The notes: generated by a model from the sequence alone, not told the origin. A DNA stretch of 64,000 nt from Schizochytrium sp. TIO01 (GCA_004764695.1 SMSO01000014.1:6004029-6068028), one strand, 5' to 3'. Positions 20,121 to 32,535 are shown, counted from the first letter of the stretch. A program made the numbers and translations.

Positions 20121-21925
20121 TTTATCCTATGTTTTGTTAAAAATAGACGTCAAAGACTGAAATCTGCAAATTTTACGTTACCCCATCCCCCAGCACAAAA
20201 GAAAAAACAATTATATCAGCAACAATGTCAAGCCTCGTTAGTCTTGGTTGTTCACAGCTTCATCTCAACACTTACCAGTCTCAATCACCCTTCTCTATGG
20301 AGCAGTACCTGCTAGGTATTTGTAAACACGCTCCCTTCGTAACAGCTCAAAAGATAGATACTTCTGGTTCAATAGACGCCATTCCGCGTCTTCTTCCGAG
20401 CGCCTTCACCTTTCTCAGCACGGCCAGCCACCCATCCTCAGAGCAGCCCCAGTAGCCTCGTTCACCTACATCGCTTGCTGTGCAGCCTTACAAGGTTCTC
20501 CACTGCGTTGGTCTCAGTTCGAGGTTTGCTGTCGATCTTCAAGCCCGGCATCTTGAAATCCTTCCTTGTGTCCGTCTCCCCTTTGTATCAGAATCGGACT
20601 GAGTTTCGTGCCCCTCATTCGGACTGGCCCCTATCAACATCTCATTACTTGGGGGCATTGTGTGAGTTACAAAGGAGAACAAAAAGAACGATCACTAGCG
20701 AAACAGGGCCCGCAAGAGAACGCCGCGTACTTCTTGATCCATGATTTTAAGACCCATGGTACGGAAAATGGCATGGCTGGCATGGCATGGCATGGCATGG
20801 GGTTGAGTAAATCATAGAATTGAAGAAGCTCGAGGGGAAGTCTTTGTAGAAGGGAGAGCCACCAGCAAGGCGGACTGGCTACAGCTGAGCTCGATTTGTT
20901 GTCGTAGTTTTGTTTATAGCATGTTCTGCTGGAAGGTTTTTACATGTGTAAGATGAGGGTAAACTTGGCTTTACTCTTCTGGACTTTGTTGTCGTTCTTG
21001 AGGATTTGGACCGCGACATTAACTGAGACGCTGGTCTGGGGTTGGCTTGAGTTGGCGGAATTTGCAAAATGCGGGCCAAGGATTTCGTTCTTCATTCAGG
21101 TTTATTGAGGAACTGGGCGGAGCCACTTCTGAAGAAGACGAGGCGGGATCAGAGGACTGCCGGCAACAAGTACACGCACTTAGAGAAGACACGTGAAAGG
21201 TCGAATATGAAGGTTTTGATGTACAAGGGACACATGGATTCAAGCTTGCAGGGGAATAAATCAAGGAGGCGTCGCAGCGTCATAGATCGATACAAGTGAA
21301 TACGAGAAAGCTAACCTCGCTGCTTTAAGACTGTTTTGTTGTTTTCTATACAGACAGCCACACTGACATGATGCGTGAATGTGAAGAACTCAGAAGCTCT
21401 TTCTTGGGGCGGATCAACCTATGAGAAAGAAACTGCCAAAGCTAGAATGCCGCCGTTCTCACGCCTGCTTTTAAAGCGGGAGTTGATATTCTCACCGCTT
21501 CCTCGCAATTGGCTCTGCATTTTCTACAATCTTTAGCCCCCAAAGGAATTTTCATTTCTCTGTATTCAATCAAAAACTTGTTACGCCAATATGGTTGTCC
21601 AATCAAGCTTGTGCCAGGAATCGTGTTAGCAACAAAAAGTTCTGCAAGCTGAGCTATTGTGCCATCCTACGCACGAATTGCGTGAGCTTACTTGCACCAA
21701 AGCTTCCAGCAAGATAGACTTCTGAGGAAGACGTGACCAATCTGCACAACTCATTTTATCATTATTTGCGCAACCCATTTTGGTCCATCGACTCCATTGT
21801 TTGACTTCTATTTCTCTATCATCGTTATTGTCTTCATCGCCACCGCTACTATCGTCAATTCGTCCTGGAGGACAGCAATAACTGTTGCCACGACCGCTGC
21901 GCGAGGTCGACAACGATAAACCACG

Positions 21926-23854
21926 ATGGTGTCGGCCAGATGTGCCTTGCTGGCGCTGCTGCCGGGTAATCTGTTAGCCTTCGTGCTGCTCGCTCGAATG
22001 GCAACTTTAGAGCAGCAGGATGGAACTCGTGTGGTGTACAAGCACGTCTTTCATACGGGCGAGCAGGAGATCTGGCGAGATGCTGCGATGAACGCAGCAC
22101 ACCTCCATGATGGTCTCCACGAGGACGGAGACGATGACTCCGTTTACGGCAATGACCACCATCAGACTGCTCAGCACAGCTACCAAGACGTTGTTGAGGA
22201 GATCGTGCCGCAGGTTAGCGCTGACGTAGCCGATAGCGCTGCAGCAGCTGTAGATGCAGCTGTGGAGGCTGAGCACGATGTCACGGAACGCAAGTCCAAG
22301 CAAAACATGCGCGGATCCGTCCATTCAGCAGCCACCTCATTGTCGGCCAAAACAAATGAATTGGATGATGCTGAACAAGCTGAAAGCTTGGACGATTTTG
22401 ACAACTTTGAAAACAATCTGAATATTGCGGACTCTGCTCAGACGGAGAGCCTCGAGCTCGAAAGCGACCTCTCTTTGAAGTCAGACATTGAGGATGGCGA
22501 CCAAAATGATGATAACGCTGCAAATGATGGCGAGCCAGTCCTAGATTTGAGTCTTGACGACTCTCTGTCCACCGGGAGCGAGCAGAACTCATATCTTCCA
22601 CCACAACAGGCGCCCATGGAGCTTGAGGATGCGGGCGAGGACCTTGAATCTGATGACAGCGGCATTGACGATGTTGATGATGAGGAAGATGATCACGATG
22701 ACGGCTCAGGGCTACTTAAGGCTCAGGTAAAACCTGCATCGAAACGTACATTTTCGTACTACCGCGGCTACTCCTGCGGGTACTTGTGCGAGACTTTGAA
22801 ACGTGACAAGTGGAAGAATATTCAAAATATGAAGTCACCAACTATGTACTTAATTCGTTGGAAGAGCTATGAAAAGTACAAGGGCGTCAAACGTTCGATT
22901 GTCAACCAAATCGGCAAGACTGGCTCATGCATCGGTGGCGCAGCGCACTACCAGGTGCGCTGTCGTGAAGACTTCACACAGTCCTTCGGATGTAGTATGA
23001 ACGAACTCTCTATTGCTCCCCCTACGTACAACCTTGGGGACTCTAAAACATGTCGCGCGTTCACGAACGACGGCGATGCAGCTCAGAAGGACTGGGTACA
23101 AAAGATGAGCAGTGGGTGGTTCGGCCTCAGTGGTAGCGAAAGCGCAGCAGCCTACCGTGGCACTGCAGATCTTGCCAAGCAAACGAAATCATGCAAGTAC
23201 ACAAAGAGAGGGCCTGTGGTGCAAGAATTCATTCAGGCAACTCGCAAGGCACGGGGATTTTTTGTTGTCGCTTCGCTAAGACCTCTCGTTGTGCTTTTTC
23301 ACCCTGGTGTCACCTGGGAGGATGAAGCTGTAGATACCTCTACTGCTGCAACAATGCAGGCAGGACTCGTTAAGGTTGGACGCAAAGATGTGCAAAAGAA
23401 GGAGTTCCGCGCCGTTGACAGTGATGACCAAGTTGCCAAGCGGATGCGTGAAGTGGTTGGATTCATCATGAGTGCAGCTCAGGCTTCTGGACTTGAGTCC
23501 CGCAAAGGTCGTTTTCAGGTTTTCTCAGCTGACTTTGCTCTTCCTGAAGCTTCGGAGCCACAGCTTCTTGATGTTACTGGTGAACCATTGCAGGTGTCTT
23601 ATCCTGGTTCAGGTTTGTCTCCTCAGATTTGGACCTCCCTGTATCAAACTATCGAGCAACTTCAGACCGCCCCGCCTCCCACATTGGAGCGCCTCCGTTT
23701 GTCAGCAGGTTGGGAACTTTTGCGCATGCCTGAGTGGTCTGCAACCAAGAACAACCCTTGCCAGGTTTTTGCGTCTCCTGAGCGTGAACACCACGTGCAG
23801 AAACAGCTCGCTGCTCTTGAAAGCGATAGCTCTGAGCAGGAGGAATCCAGCTAA
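21926..23854 (+). CDS. Signal-anchored protein with acidic stem and degenerate tubulin-tyrosine-ligase-like (ATP-grasp) domain
   Basis: 642 aa. Hydrophobic N-terminus (CALLALLPGNLLAFVLLA), Asp/Glu-rich stem, then TTL-like motifs in the canonical order: PPTYNL, DWVQKM, VVQEFI, ARGFFVVASLRPLVVLFHPG, RFQVFSADFALPEASEPQLLDVTGEP. The CDS is confident; the family call is moderate. Confidence 0.7.
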   Translation: MVSARCALLALLPGNLLAFVLLARMATLEQQDGTRVVYKHVFHTGEQEIWRDAAMNAAHLHDGLHEDGDDDSVYGNDHHQTAQHSYQDVVEEIVPQVSADVADSAAAAVDAAVEAEHDVTERKSKQNMRGSVHSAATSLSAKTNELDDAEQAESLDDFDNFENNLNIADSAQTESLELESDLSLKSDIEDGDQNDDNAANDGEPVLDLSLDDSLSTGSEQNSYLPPQQAPMELEDAGEDLESDDSGIDDVDDEEDDHDDGSGLLKAQVKPASKRTFSYYRGYSCGYLCETLKRDKWKNIQNMKSPTMYLIRWKSYEKYKGVKRSIVNQIGKTGSCIGGAAHYQVRCREDFTQSFGCSMNELSIAPPTYNLGDSKTCRAFTNDGDAAQKDWVQKMSSGWFGLSGSESAAAYRGTADLAKQTKSCKYTKRGPVVQEFIQATRKARGFFVVASLRPLVVLFHPGVTWEDEAVDTSTAATMQAGLVKVGRKDVQKKEFRAVDSDDQVAKRMREVVGFIMSAAQASGLESRKGRFQVFSADFALPEASEPQLLDVTGEPLQVSYPGSGLSPQIWTSLYQTIEQLQTAPPPTLERLRLSAGWELLRMPEWSATKNNPCQVFASPEREHHVQKQLAALESDSSEQEESS

Positions 23855-25168
23855 TTTGTCAGAATTTGCAAGGTCACATTACTTTGACGCCGCCTTTTTT
23901 TTATACTACTAGAAACCTCCCCTTCCTCTCCTACTTAGACCAAGATACAAATTACACATCACCTTTACTTTATCCTGACTTGATTTCTTGCTTTGTGCTT
24001 TTGTGCTATATATCTCAGGCTGGATACCGTACTGAGGTAGTATTTGAAGACTCCCATCGCATGACTTTGCCTCAAGTTCTTTCTTTTCTTTTGCTACCAG
24101 GTAGTACGGGTAGGTAGTACGTAGGATACAACCTTTTTCTTTTCCTTTTCCTGTTCTATTGTACCTGCCTTCTGGCCGCTCCTCAAGATCTCTGGCACGC
24201 TTGACTTCTGGCGCGACCTCGCAACCATGTCCGCACACCTCGGCGCTCCTGGCGACCTGGGAACCGCCATCTTCGATGACCAGGAATCCATGTCACCATA
24301 GATTGGCAGGTTAGGTGTAGCAGACCAAAAGAATAACTCGAAAGCCTTTCTTTCACGCTGGCTTCAGTGTGTGTGGACATTGCCGACGCCTCCATGAACA
24401 ACGAAGCGTCTCCTCGGAGCGTCCCGATGGAGCTTCAGCCCCAAAGAGCACTGGAACAAAGGCTCCAGGTCCGCGGCGGTCCATCTCAGTCGGCATCTAC
24501 GTTTTGCGGCATCAGTCTGCGCCGAAGCGGTCTTCAACAGCGATTTGTGAACTTTACGTCATCTTTGCTTTCAAATTGAGGTTCCTTCGATTTCCTTCAT
24601 AGTTTAGGAAAAACGTTCATTTTTTCTTTTTCACTTTTCTTGACTAATTAAAAATATAAAATGTTTTTAAAATTAACATTATTTATAAACCTTTTAAAAA
24701 TATAACAAACATAAAAAATCTCGTCTTCGGTACCTAATGGATAAACCGATACTTACCTTGAGCCTGCCCTGATCAACGCAACTGTTTGCGTGCGACAGAG
24801 ACACGAGCTTCTCTGTGCTGACGGACTTTGTGGCTCCAATGGCCACAGCGATCAATGCTCACGAGAGCTTTCGTGGTGCTCGAATGACGGAAATCAATCG
24901 CGAGTTTAGCCGAGGTTTGTTTGGAAAAAGGGACGCCTTGAAATATGTAAGAATGAAATGAAAGAATGAAACAAAGTGAGAGCAACTCTACGAGTTCAAC
25001 CCAACAGCAAAGCCAACCTTCCTTGGCGAACAACAGAGACCGAGCTCTGGTGAGGGCCTCCGTGTCGGCAAATCCCGAATTGGGCAAAGGGCAAGGAAGG
25101 CAATCAACGCGAGGAGGAAAGAACTAGCAGGCTTAAGAGAAGACCAGTTGGTACTTCCGGCAGAAAAG

Positions 25169-26662
25169 ATGGCAGGCGTCGCGACGGTGTTTTCGATTAC
25201 CTCGTGCAGGTTTTGCGAGAAAGCAAAGCGAATCTTGAAGGAGCACAACATCCCCTACACAGAAATCAACCTGGATGATTACCCCAAACGTCGTGGTGAT
25301 ATGATTGCAATGGCGGACGCCATGACGGTCCCGCAAGTCTTTTTCAATAACAAGCACATGGGCGGGGCGGATGCCATTGAAGCTCTCGAATCCTCTGGCG
25401 AGCTCGACAAAATCTGGGCACAGGCTGACACAGAAACCCTTGATTCACGCCTTGCTGCCCCCGAAGGACCCCCGGCACCTCGCCCTACACCCAGCCCACG
25501 TAACCTTGAAAACTTTGAGGCTGGTTCTGTGAAATTGAATCTTGTCGAAGTAGTCTACGCTCTACGCAAAGAACTCGGCGTGGAGTTTAAGGGAGCACAG
25601 CTTTCGAAGCAGCTGAAGGTGATCTTTGGACTTGAGGGCGAGAATGATTCGGACTCAATTGTGGCAAATTTGGCCGGAAAATTGATTTCTGCGGGGGCTT
25701 TGACCTGGCGCAAGTCTAAGACCCCCGTCCAGTTCCAAGCCGACCAGACCACCTTTGTGTTGCCGGAGGCTTTAGAAGAGTTGTCATTGAACAATTTCCG
25801 AGAGTGGAAAGATCGTGTGGATGAACCGCTTGTTGTTGTAACCGCGCTGAAAAAGAAGCTTAATGCGGTGCTTGGCAAGCACCGTACAGCAGACGCCAAA
25901 ACAAACTACCTGGCCGCATCTGAGGATCCAGAGTTTGCTGTCTTTGAAGAATCCGCGTCAGAGCTTCAGAAATTCAGCCTTTCTGAGATGGATGAGAAGA
26001 CGCGCCTCGCATTTGTCATCAACTTATACAATTTGTTGACCCTGCATGCATTTACCAAAGTTGGCGTGCCCGCAGCAGGTATGGACAGAACTGAGTTCTT
26101 TGACTTTGTAGGATACACACTGGGAGGTCTTTTTTACAGCTTCAATGCACTCGAAAATGGCATTCTACGTTCCAACAAGAACCCTCCGTATCATCTTCAA
26201 AAAACGATTCGATCAAATGATCCGCGAGCTGGTGCAGTTTTGTCAACCTGTAACCCTGCCCTGCACGCCTGTATTTCATGCGGTGCGAGCTCCTGCCCGC
26301 CCATAAAAACTTTCACGGCTGAGGCCATTGATGAGGAGATGCGCATTGCGGCGCAGGCGTTTTTTGAGCTCGACGAGAATTGCAAGGTCAATGTTGAAGC
26401 CAACACCATTACTGTGACAAAGATCGTAGCGTGGTATCAGAAGGATTTCGGAACAGATATGGTATCTGCCCTTCGTACTGTGCAGGGCTGGCTCCGTGGG
26501 CAAAAGGCCAAAGATGCGGAGACTGTTTTGAACTCACCCAAGCCGATTATCAACTTTGCAGAGTATGATTGGTCAACTGATGCACATGACTCCAAGCAGT
26601 ATACCAAGCATAGGGGAACCCTCCAGGTTCTAGCGCACATGGTTTTCGGAACCGGTCGCTAG
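25169..26662 (+). CDS. Glutaredoxin - (degenerate DEP) - DUF547 protein (class IV glutaredoxin-type)
   Basis: First ATG at 25169. Grx domain: FSITSCRFCEKAK, TVPQVFFNNKHMGGAD. DUF547: RLAFVINLYNLLTLHA, YSFNALENGILRSN, LHACISCGASSCPPIK, IVAWYQKDFG, YDWS. Confidence 0.92.
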   Translation: MAGVATVFSITSCRFCEKAKRILKEHNIPYTEINLDDYPKRRGDMIAMADAMTVPQVFFNNKHMGGADAIEALESSGELDKIWAQADTETLDSRLAAPEGPPAPRPTPSPRNLENFEAGSVKLNLVEVVYALRKELGVEFKGAQLSKQLKVIFGLEGENDSDSIVANLAGKLISAGALTWRKSKTPVQFQADQTTFVLPEALEELSLNNFREWKDRVDEPLVVVTALKKKLNAVLGKHRTADAKTNYLAASEDPEFAVFEESASELQKFSLSEMDEKTRLAFVINLYNLLTLHAFTKVGVPAAGMDRTEFFDFVGYTLGGLFYSFNALENGILRSNKNPPYHLQKTIRSNDPRAGAVLSTCNPALHACISCGASSCPPIKTFTAEAIDEEMRIAAQAFFELDENCKVNVEANTITVTKIVAWYQKDFGTDMVSALRTVQGWLRGQKAKDAETVLNSPKPIINFAEYDWSTDAHDSKQYTKHRGTLQVLAHMVFGTGR

Positions 26663-28182
26663 TTGTCTTTTGTTTCACTTATTAGATTCTCGCTTTATCT
26701 TTTTTTACTCATGTTTTCACTCAATCTTTAGACGTTTCAAAATATAGAGAAAAAAACACGAGAGAAAATGTGCACTTTAGGTTAGTGACATTCAGCCCAT
26801 CCAATTATTCAGAGGATCAGCCAGAAAGAAAAGCACCCAAACCTTGAACGAACGAGAATCAGAACAGCTGCAGGAAGAACAGAAAGCCTCAGATTCCTTG
26901 ACTAGCTGGTTTTGTAGCGAATGGCTACGGAAGCCGAAGGAAAAACCTTGTAGAAGCTTACAAGCCTGCACAACACTACGGCCCTACTTTACCTTTTGTA
27001 TTATATCTGTAGATTCCGAAATTCATCCCACAACAGTAAATTTCAAAGTCTTCAGAAACAGTCCTTAGCAATTATCAAAACTCCTGTTCGCCAGAAAAAG
27101 TCCAATTTATATCGATGCAGAATGTTTTGCTAATATGATGATAGATTAAAGCTCTTTCATGCTATGTCATGGGAGTCGCATCTGGAAAGCTCATGAATGG
27201 ACGTTCAAAACGCCTTTTGATCGTTTTTGAGCTTACATATAGTATGTTATTAGAGTAGAAATGTTAAAGAAGTAGTGGCTATCTTCAAACCTAATGCCTT
27301 TTCATTCTTTTTTATGTGTTTATTGCAAAGGAAAGCTTCAAAAATGAACCTTGTTTAAACACCTGATGTCAATTGTCATTTTAGTCTCTAATTTATTTTC
27401 TCTAATAGACAAGTCACCAAGTAATTCTTTCATACAATTTACCCCCATCTTCTTGGCTCTTGTAGTGATTTTATGCCTGGACTACGAGACAACTAGGCGC
27501 CTTGATTTGGTCTGTATTATCAAAATAAACAATATAAAATATAAAAAGTTCTTTGTTTTTCAGTATGTATAACATATCATATATCATGCAAAATTGAGAA
27601 GGAAATATATGCTAGTGAACCTCGTGTGTAAAATATCGAGCCACTATCATTTCTTGCTCCACTGCCACATTTACACCATCTCGCTTAAACCTCTTTCTTT
27701 TTCGGCATTCAAGACGGACTTTGTTAACAAAGGCATCGATACGCTAAATTTTTTACCAGAGACGATCCAGACTAGCTACTACTAGGTAGGTACTTTAAAG
27801 TACAAGAAAATGGCCTCCAACGATCGAGAAAAACAGTTGTGTACAAGAGTAAATCTAGGTAATGTTACTAGATGAACATTCCTAGATTGTTCTAGTGTTT
27901 GACACTGGTTCAACCATCATTAGACCCGTCTGGAAAAGCAAAACTCCATTTTGCTTCGCTGAAAGAGTCCATCTCTACAATATGCGTCAAACACTAACTA
28001 CTGAAAACTACCAGTGTATTTTTCTTTTTTCCATTATTATTTCAGGTTATAGATATAAACTAAAATCTATAAACTTTGTCCTTTGCAAACCCAAATCAGC
28101 CACTCAGCTAAAAAGCCTCGCCGCTCTCGAACGCTGTCTGATTTGCAACACACGCTTCTCGCTAGCGTAAACCTATTGCAGT

Positions 28183-29091
28183 ATGAGCTCCATTCCGAGC
28201 AGCTTTGCCTTTGCCGGCGATCTCGGCACTCTGTTGCCTCCTCATGGGCGTCTGGATGCTCTCGTCCGCGGCTGGCTCGTCGCTGATGCCCCCGAATTCG
28301 ATGTTGGCGGCTTCGTGGTAGGTGACGTGGAACGTGATGCCATGCTCCTTGGCAAGAGTCCTGGCGTCATCGCTGGTGTGCCCTTCGCACAGGCTGTCTT
28401 TGATGCTGTCGGCGTTTCCGTGGAATGGCTCATCAAAGATGGCGTCGAAATCTCTGAAGAAGACGCCCAAAACCGCAAGGTCCTCGCCAAAGTTCGCGGA
28501 CCCGCTCGCAAGATTCTTATGGCTGAACGGACTGTGCTCAACATCATGACAAGGGCTAGCGGCATCGCAACAGCCTCGCGGCGTATGGCCTTGGTCAAGG
28601 AGGCCCATAACTGGCACGGAGAAGTCGCAGCCACGAGGAAGACCACGCCAGGATTTTCTCTTGTTGAAAAGTACGCCGTGCTCGTGGGAGGATGCAGTAC
28701 ACACCGTATGACTCTTTCGCATATGGTCATGTTGAAGGACAACCACGTGTGGAGTGTAGGTGATATTACAAAGGCAGTGCACAAGGCCAGAGCGGCAGCT
28801 GGTTTCTCATCCAAGATCGAAGTGGAGTGCAGAAACCTTGAGGAAGCAGTGGAAGCGTGCCAGGCAGGAGCGGAGGTTGTCATGCTCGACAACTACGAAC
28901 CGGAAGGATTGAAGGAGGATGCGGCAAAGCTTAAGGAGAAGTTTCCTCATGTCACAATTGAGGCAAGCGGGGGCATTACGGAGGACACGGCGGCAGCATT
29001 CTTTTCAAAGGATGTCGATGTACTCAGTATGGGCAAGCTGACGCAAGGATACGAATGTCTGGACCTCAGTCTTAAGATCCAGAAGGAGTAA
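28183..29091 (+). CDS. QPRT: Nicotinate-nucleotide pyrophosphorylase (quinolinate phosphoribosyltransferase)
   Basis: AERTVLNIMTRASGIAT, ATRKTTPG, EKYAVLVGG, HRMTLSHMVMLKDNH, KIEVEC, VVMLDN, IEASGGIT, LDLSLK. Confidence 0.97.
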   Translation: MSSIPSSFAFAGDLGTLLPPHGRLDALVRGWLVADAPEFDVGGFVVGDVERDAMLLGKSPGVIAGVPFAQAVFDAVGVSVEWLIKDGVEISEEDAQNRKVLAKVRGPARKILMAERTVLNIMTRASGIATASRRMALVKEAHNWHGEVAATRKTTPGFSLVEKYAVLVGGCSTHRMTLSHMVMLKDNHVWSVGDITKAVHKARAAAGFSSKIEVECRNLEEAVEACQAGAEVVMLDNYEPEGLKEDAAKLKEKFPHVTIEASGGITEDTAAAFFSKDVDVLSMGKLTQGYECLDLSLKIQKE

Positions 29092-29846
29092 TTACATGAA
29101 TGACTCTCTCACTCGACTGAACTGTTGAAGTATCTTCTTTGCCATACGATGCTGGATGATTAACTTGCAGCACATGTGTTTCCTACACCAGCAAATAACA
29201 AATAGTGGAATAATTCGTCAATTAATCTATATGCAGATGTGTAGACTTACAAATTTATTGCGCTGCTTATGTTTAAATATAGGACAAAATGACAAATCAA
29301 TTGCTTAATGTGGGATTTCTATTTCTACCCAATGATGCTGATAACCATAACTTTACTGAACAATTATGAGTTCAGAAGTACCTTTCCTAAACAAAGTGCA
29401 CAAGGCTATGTCTCAACACTAAATTCGTAAACTTGGTTAAATCAACCTTTTATTTCACAAGGTCTTAATTCATATAGCTTCAAATAATATGTCGTAGGCT
29501 TTATGTAGTGTGATAAATATAGGAATACCGAAACTCCTCTGGATTTAAACTCTTGGATTGCTACATCTGCAGGCAGTCACACACTCTTTATTGAAAAATG
29601 GTAATCGCCAGGTGATGTCGCCAGTGAAAGATATTGAAAATATGGATGCATAGCACTTTCCTACTTACTTTCACTATAAGGAAACAAACATATCTTAGAA
29701 TAACAATGCTAGGGGAGGTATTTATCTCCCCCGCCCCTCTCCAAGAGAAAACCCAACCAAACAAACAAAAATTATACGCAAAACGGTCGCGCAAATATAA
29801 TCAAGATTGAATAACTAATACATTTTCTACCAGTGATGATATACAA

Positions 29847-32535
29847 TTACATGCCTTTTGGTCGAGTACCACCACCAGTGTCAGAGCCTCGACCTCCCAT
29901 AGGATTGACAATTTGGGTGCGCTTGGGTTTGCTAGCACTCGCAATACCCTCCTTATATGATTCCAGTGCCTCTGTGTCGTCATCGTCTTCGCCGGTCTCA
30001 ACAGCTGCAACAACAGCTTCGCCATCTTTGAAAATAGTTGTAATAGAAACGTCAGTTTGTTCCCGCGCAAGAGGCTCGCGTAGTCCAGTCTTGAGACGCT
30101 GCAGAAGAGCATGGTCAGACACAGTTTTGTTCCTATCATCCTGTGCTTTGGAGAAAATACGAACAAAGTCCAGTGCATTCTTAGAAACCACCTCAGCATC
30201 CTCTTCGTAGACCAGAAGTAACTCTCGTAGATCATCCGCAACAAGGTAATGAAGATCACAAAAGGTAAGCGCCCGAATGGACGCCGTGCGTTTGCTCCGT
30301 GTAAGAACACCAATATCTCCAAAATAATCACCTGCCTCAAGCATTCCAACCTGATTGCCATTATAGTCAGTGAGAACTTCAAGTTCTCCTCGAGCAATAA
30401 AGAAAATTGCTGTTGCAGCATCGCCCTTATTCACAACGTATTCTCCTGGCACGACCAACTGAGGTTTGAGACGGAGCGTCATGCCCCGCAGAAAGCTTCG
30501 TGAACATGCCTTAAACAGGGGGTTATTTTCCAAGCATTTTCAAATGCAAATGCTCTGCGCATTCCAAATGCAATGGCAGAGGCAATTCGTCGTAGAAATA
30601 GTTATCTCGATCAAGCAAACCTTTGTGACAAAGCCATACGTATTCAAAGTACTGTTCTACGCGCTCTCGAATGTGCTGTGGAAGTCGTAGATACCTCATC
30701 TGTTCGCGAATATCCTCCATCTTTTCTGAGTATTTTGTGGAAGCTTGGTCAATTCTCGCAATATAAGAAACAAAGTTACTGAAGATCATGGCATAAATAG
30801 CTGCGCCAAGCAGCATATTTGCAATGGTGAACATTGTTTCCGTGTCAGTCAGCGGGACTACGTCACCGTAGCCCACTGAAGTGATAGTTGTCACAGCCCA
30901 ATAGACTGATTTTAAATACTTGCTTGTGGTTTGCACCTCATCAGTGCCCAGACGGTGTACAGAAAGCCAAGAGCAATATGCTGTCTGATTCGCTGGATAT
31001 GGTCCATCCAAGAAAACCCAGGTTCCGTTCAGAAGCACATCATGTAGGGTTGGATCGAACACATCCGGCCATGATGCACAAGGTGTTCTTGTGTTTGCGC
31101 CAATGAAAAACCAAACGCAGCCAATCCAGTGGCATACCAGCATTAGCGAAGCAAAGAGACGCATAATTCGAGCTGAGTTTGCATACCGAAAACGCTCTAA
31201 GAATTTGAAGATTTTCGTAATACGGATTAAGCGAATACATTTGACCAAGTTGATTGCCCTAGCTTCCGAAGGAGGCACAAAAAGCTCAAATGGTAACGTT
31301 GCTGGCAAGTCCACCCAGAACCAGTGACTAAGGTAAAATTGTGCGATTTCACCGCGGTCAGTTACCAAGGAGCCCCAATCATCAACGTACGCCGTGGCAA
31401 AGTTTAACACGAGGTCTACGATAAAGCAAATGTCAATGAAGTTATCCATTTCTGAGGCCACTTTGTTCTGATCATCTGGTTCAGGTACAAAAGCCATGTG
31501 ATAAGGAAGCATGATTGCATTCCACAATACGCAGAGAACAATCCAAAGCTCCCATAGTCTCTCAAAGCGGTAATGCGGCATAATAACGTCTACGAAAATC
31601 AGTTGCCTGATACGATGTTGAGCCGATTGGAGAAAAAATCGGAGACTACGCTCTTGATTCTTTTTATGGTAGCGTTGTACAGCACGTGCAACAGCCTCTT
31701 CTGGAGATACTTTGGCCGTATGCAAAGTTGAGGTTTTCCGTACTGTTTCCTCTTTCTCCTTCGACCCGAGGTCCTTCGAGAGCCTTTTACCAACTGCACG
31801 GTCGTATGTAGTTCGATACTGTGTATTAACATCAGGGTTGAAGAGCGCGAATCCCTTGGACCCTTGTTTTGCAAGCATTTGCTGTCGATAAAATGAGTCC
31901 CACAGGCCAGTGTCATTTAGGAACTCCATCTTACTGGTCTCAATGTTTTTTATGGGCTGGGATGGCCTCACAGACGAAGCTCTTCTTCGCGATGGCGCTT
32001 CCTGAAGGCCGTCAGAGCTGTTGTGACGCCCGGCTATCTTACCAAAGGATTGAAGCATGCTCTGAGCGTTCATATTGAACTTTCGTTTCTCCACATCGAT
32101 AGAATAGAATGAGCTTTTGTGATAAGCACCAGTTCCATAGAACCTGTTGTCTGTAATTGCAGAGTGTGAGCTAACAAGATCAGCGTTGGACTTGAGCTTG
32201 CGTAGGAATGGCATCATGCTTGGAGCTTTCATCTTCATAGATCGTCCAATACTATCATGACTCTTTGTGGTGCCTCGCAGGGGGCGCTCTCCACCGTCTG
32301 CATCTCCGCTAGATCTGCCTTCCCCTGCTGCCCCGAAAAGTTGCTTTACAATTGAATAGTTTTCTCCGAATTCTAGCACTCGTGATCGTCTGTGAGTACT
32401 CTGTGTATCATGACTTGTCGCTGTTGCAGTCCGTGACAAATTGACTCCAAGCGATTCCTTTTTTTTGAACTCATCGCAAGTTGAATTTTCTTGCGTGGCC
32501 TCAGAGACAGCGGTCATATTGGCGTGATCGCTCAT
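29847..32535 (-). CDS. Voltage-gated K+ channel with cyclic-nucleotide-binding domain (KCNH/HCN-like); apparent +1 frameshift near 30526-30529
   Basis: ATG at 32535. S1-S6 helices, S4 LVKCIRLIRITKIFK, pore YWAVTTITSVGYGDVVP, C-linker. The CNBD (NPLF...PGEYVVNKGD...IFFIARGELEV...GDYFGDIG...RTASIRALTFCDL) continues in another frame (track ORF 29847-30533). Confidence 0.92.

Noticed and set aside
19431-20315. 294-aa plus-strand ORF antisense to HSD17B10
   Set aside because: Long antisense frames are a common by-product of strong codon bias in SDR genes. The translation has no protein-family features.
28162-28892. 206-aa and 216-aa minus-strand ORFs
   Set aside because: Antisense shadows of QPRT.
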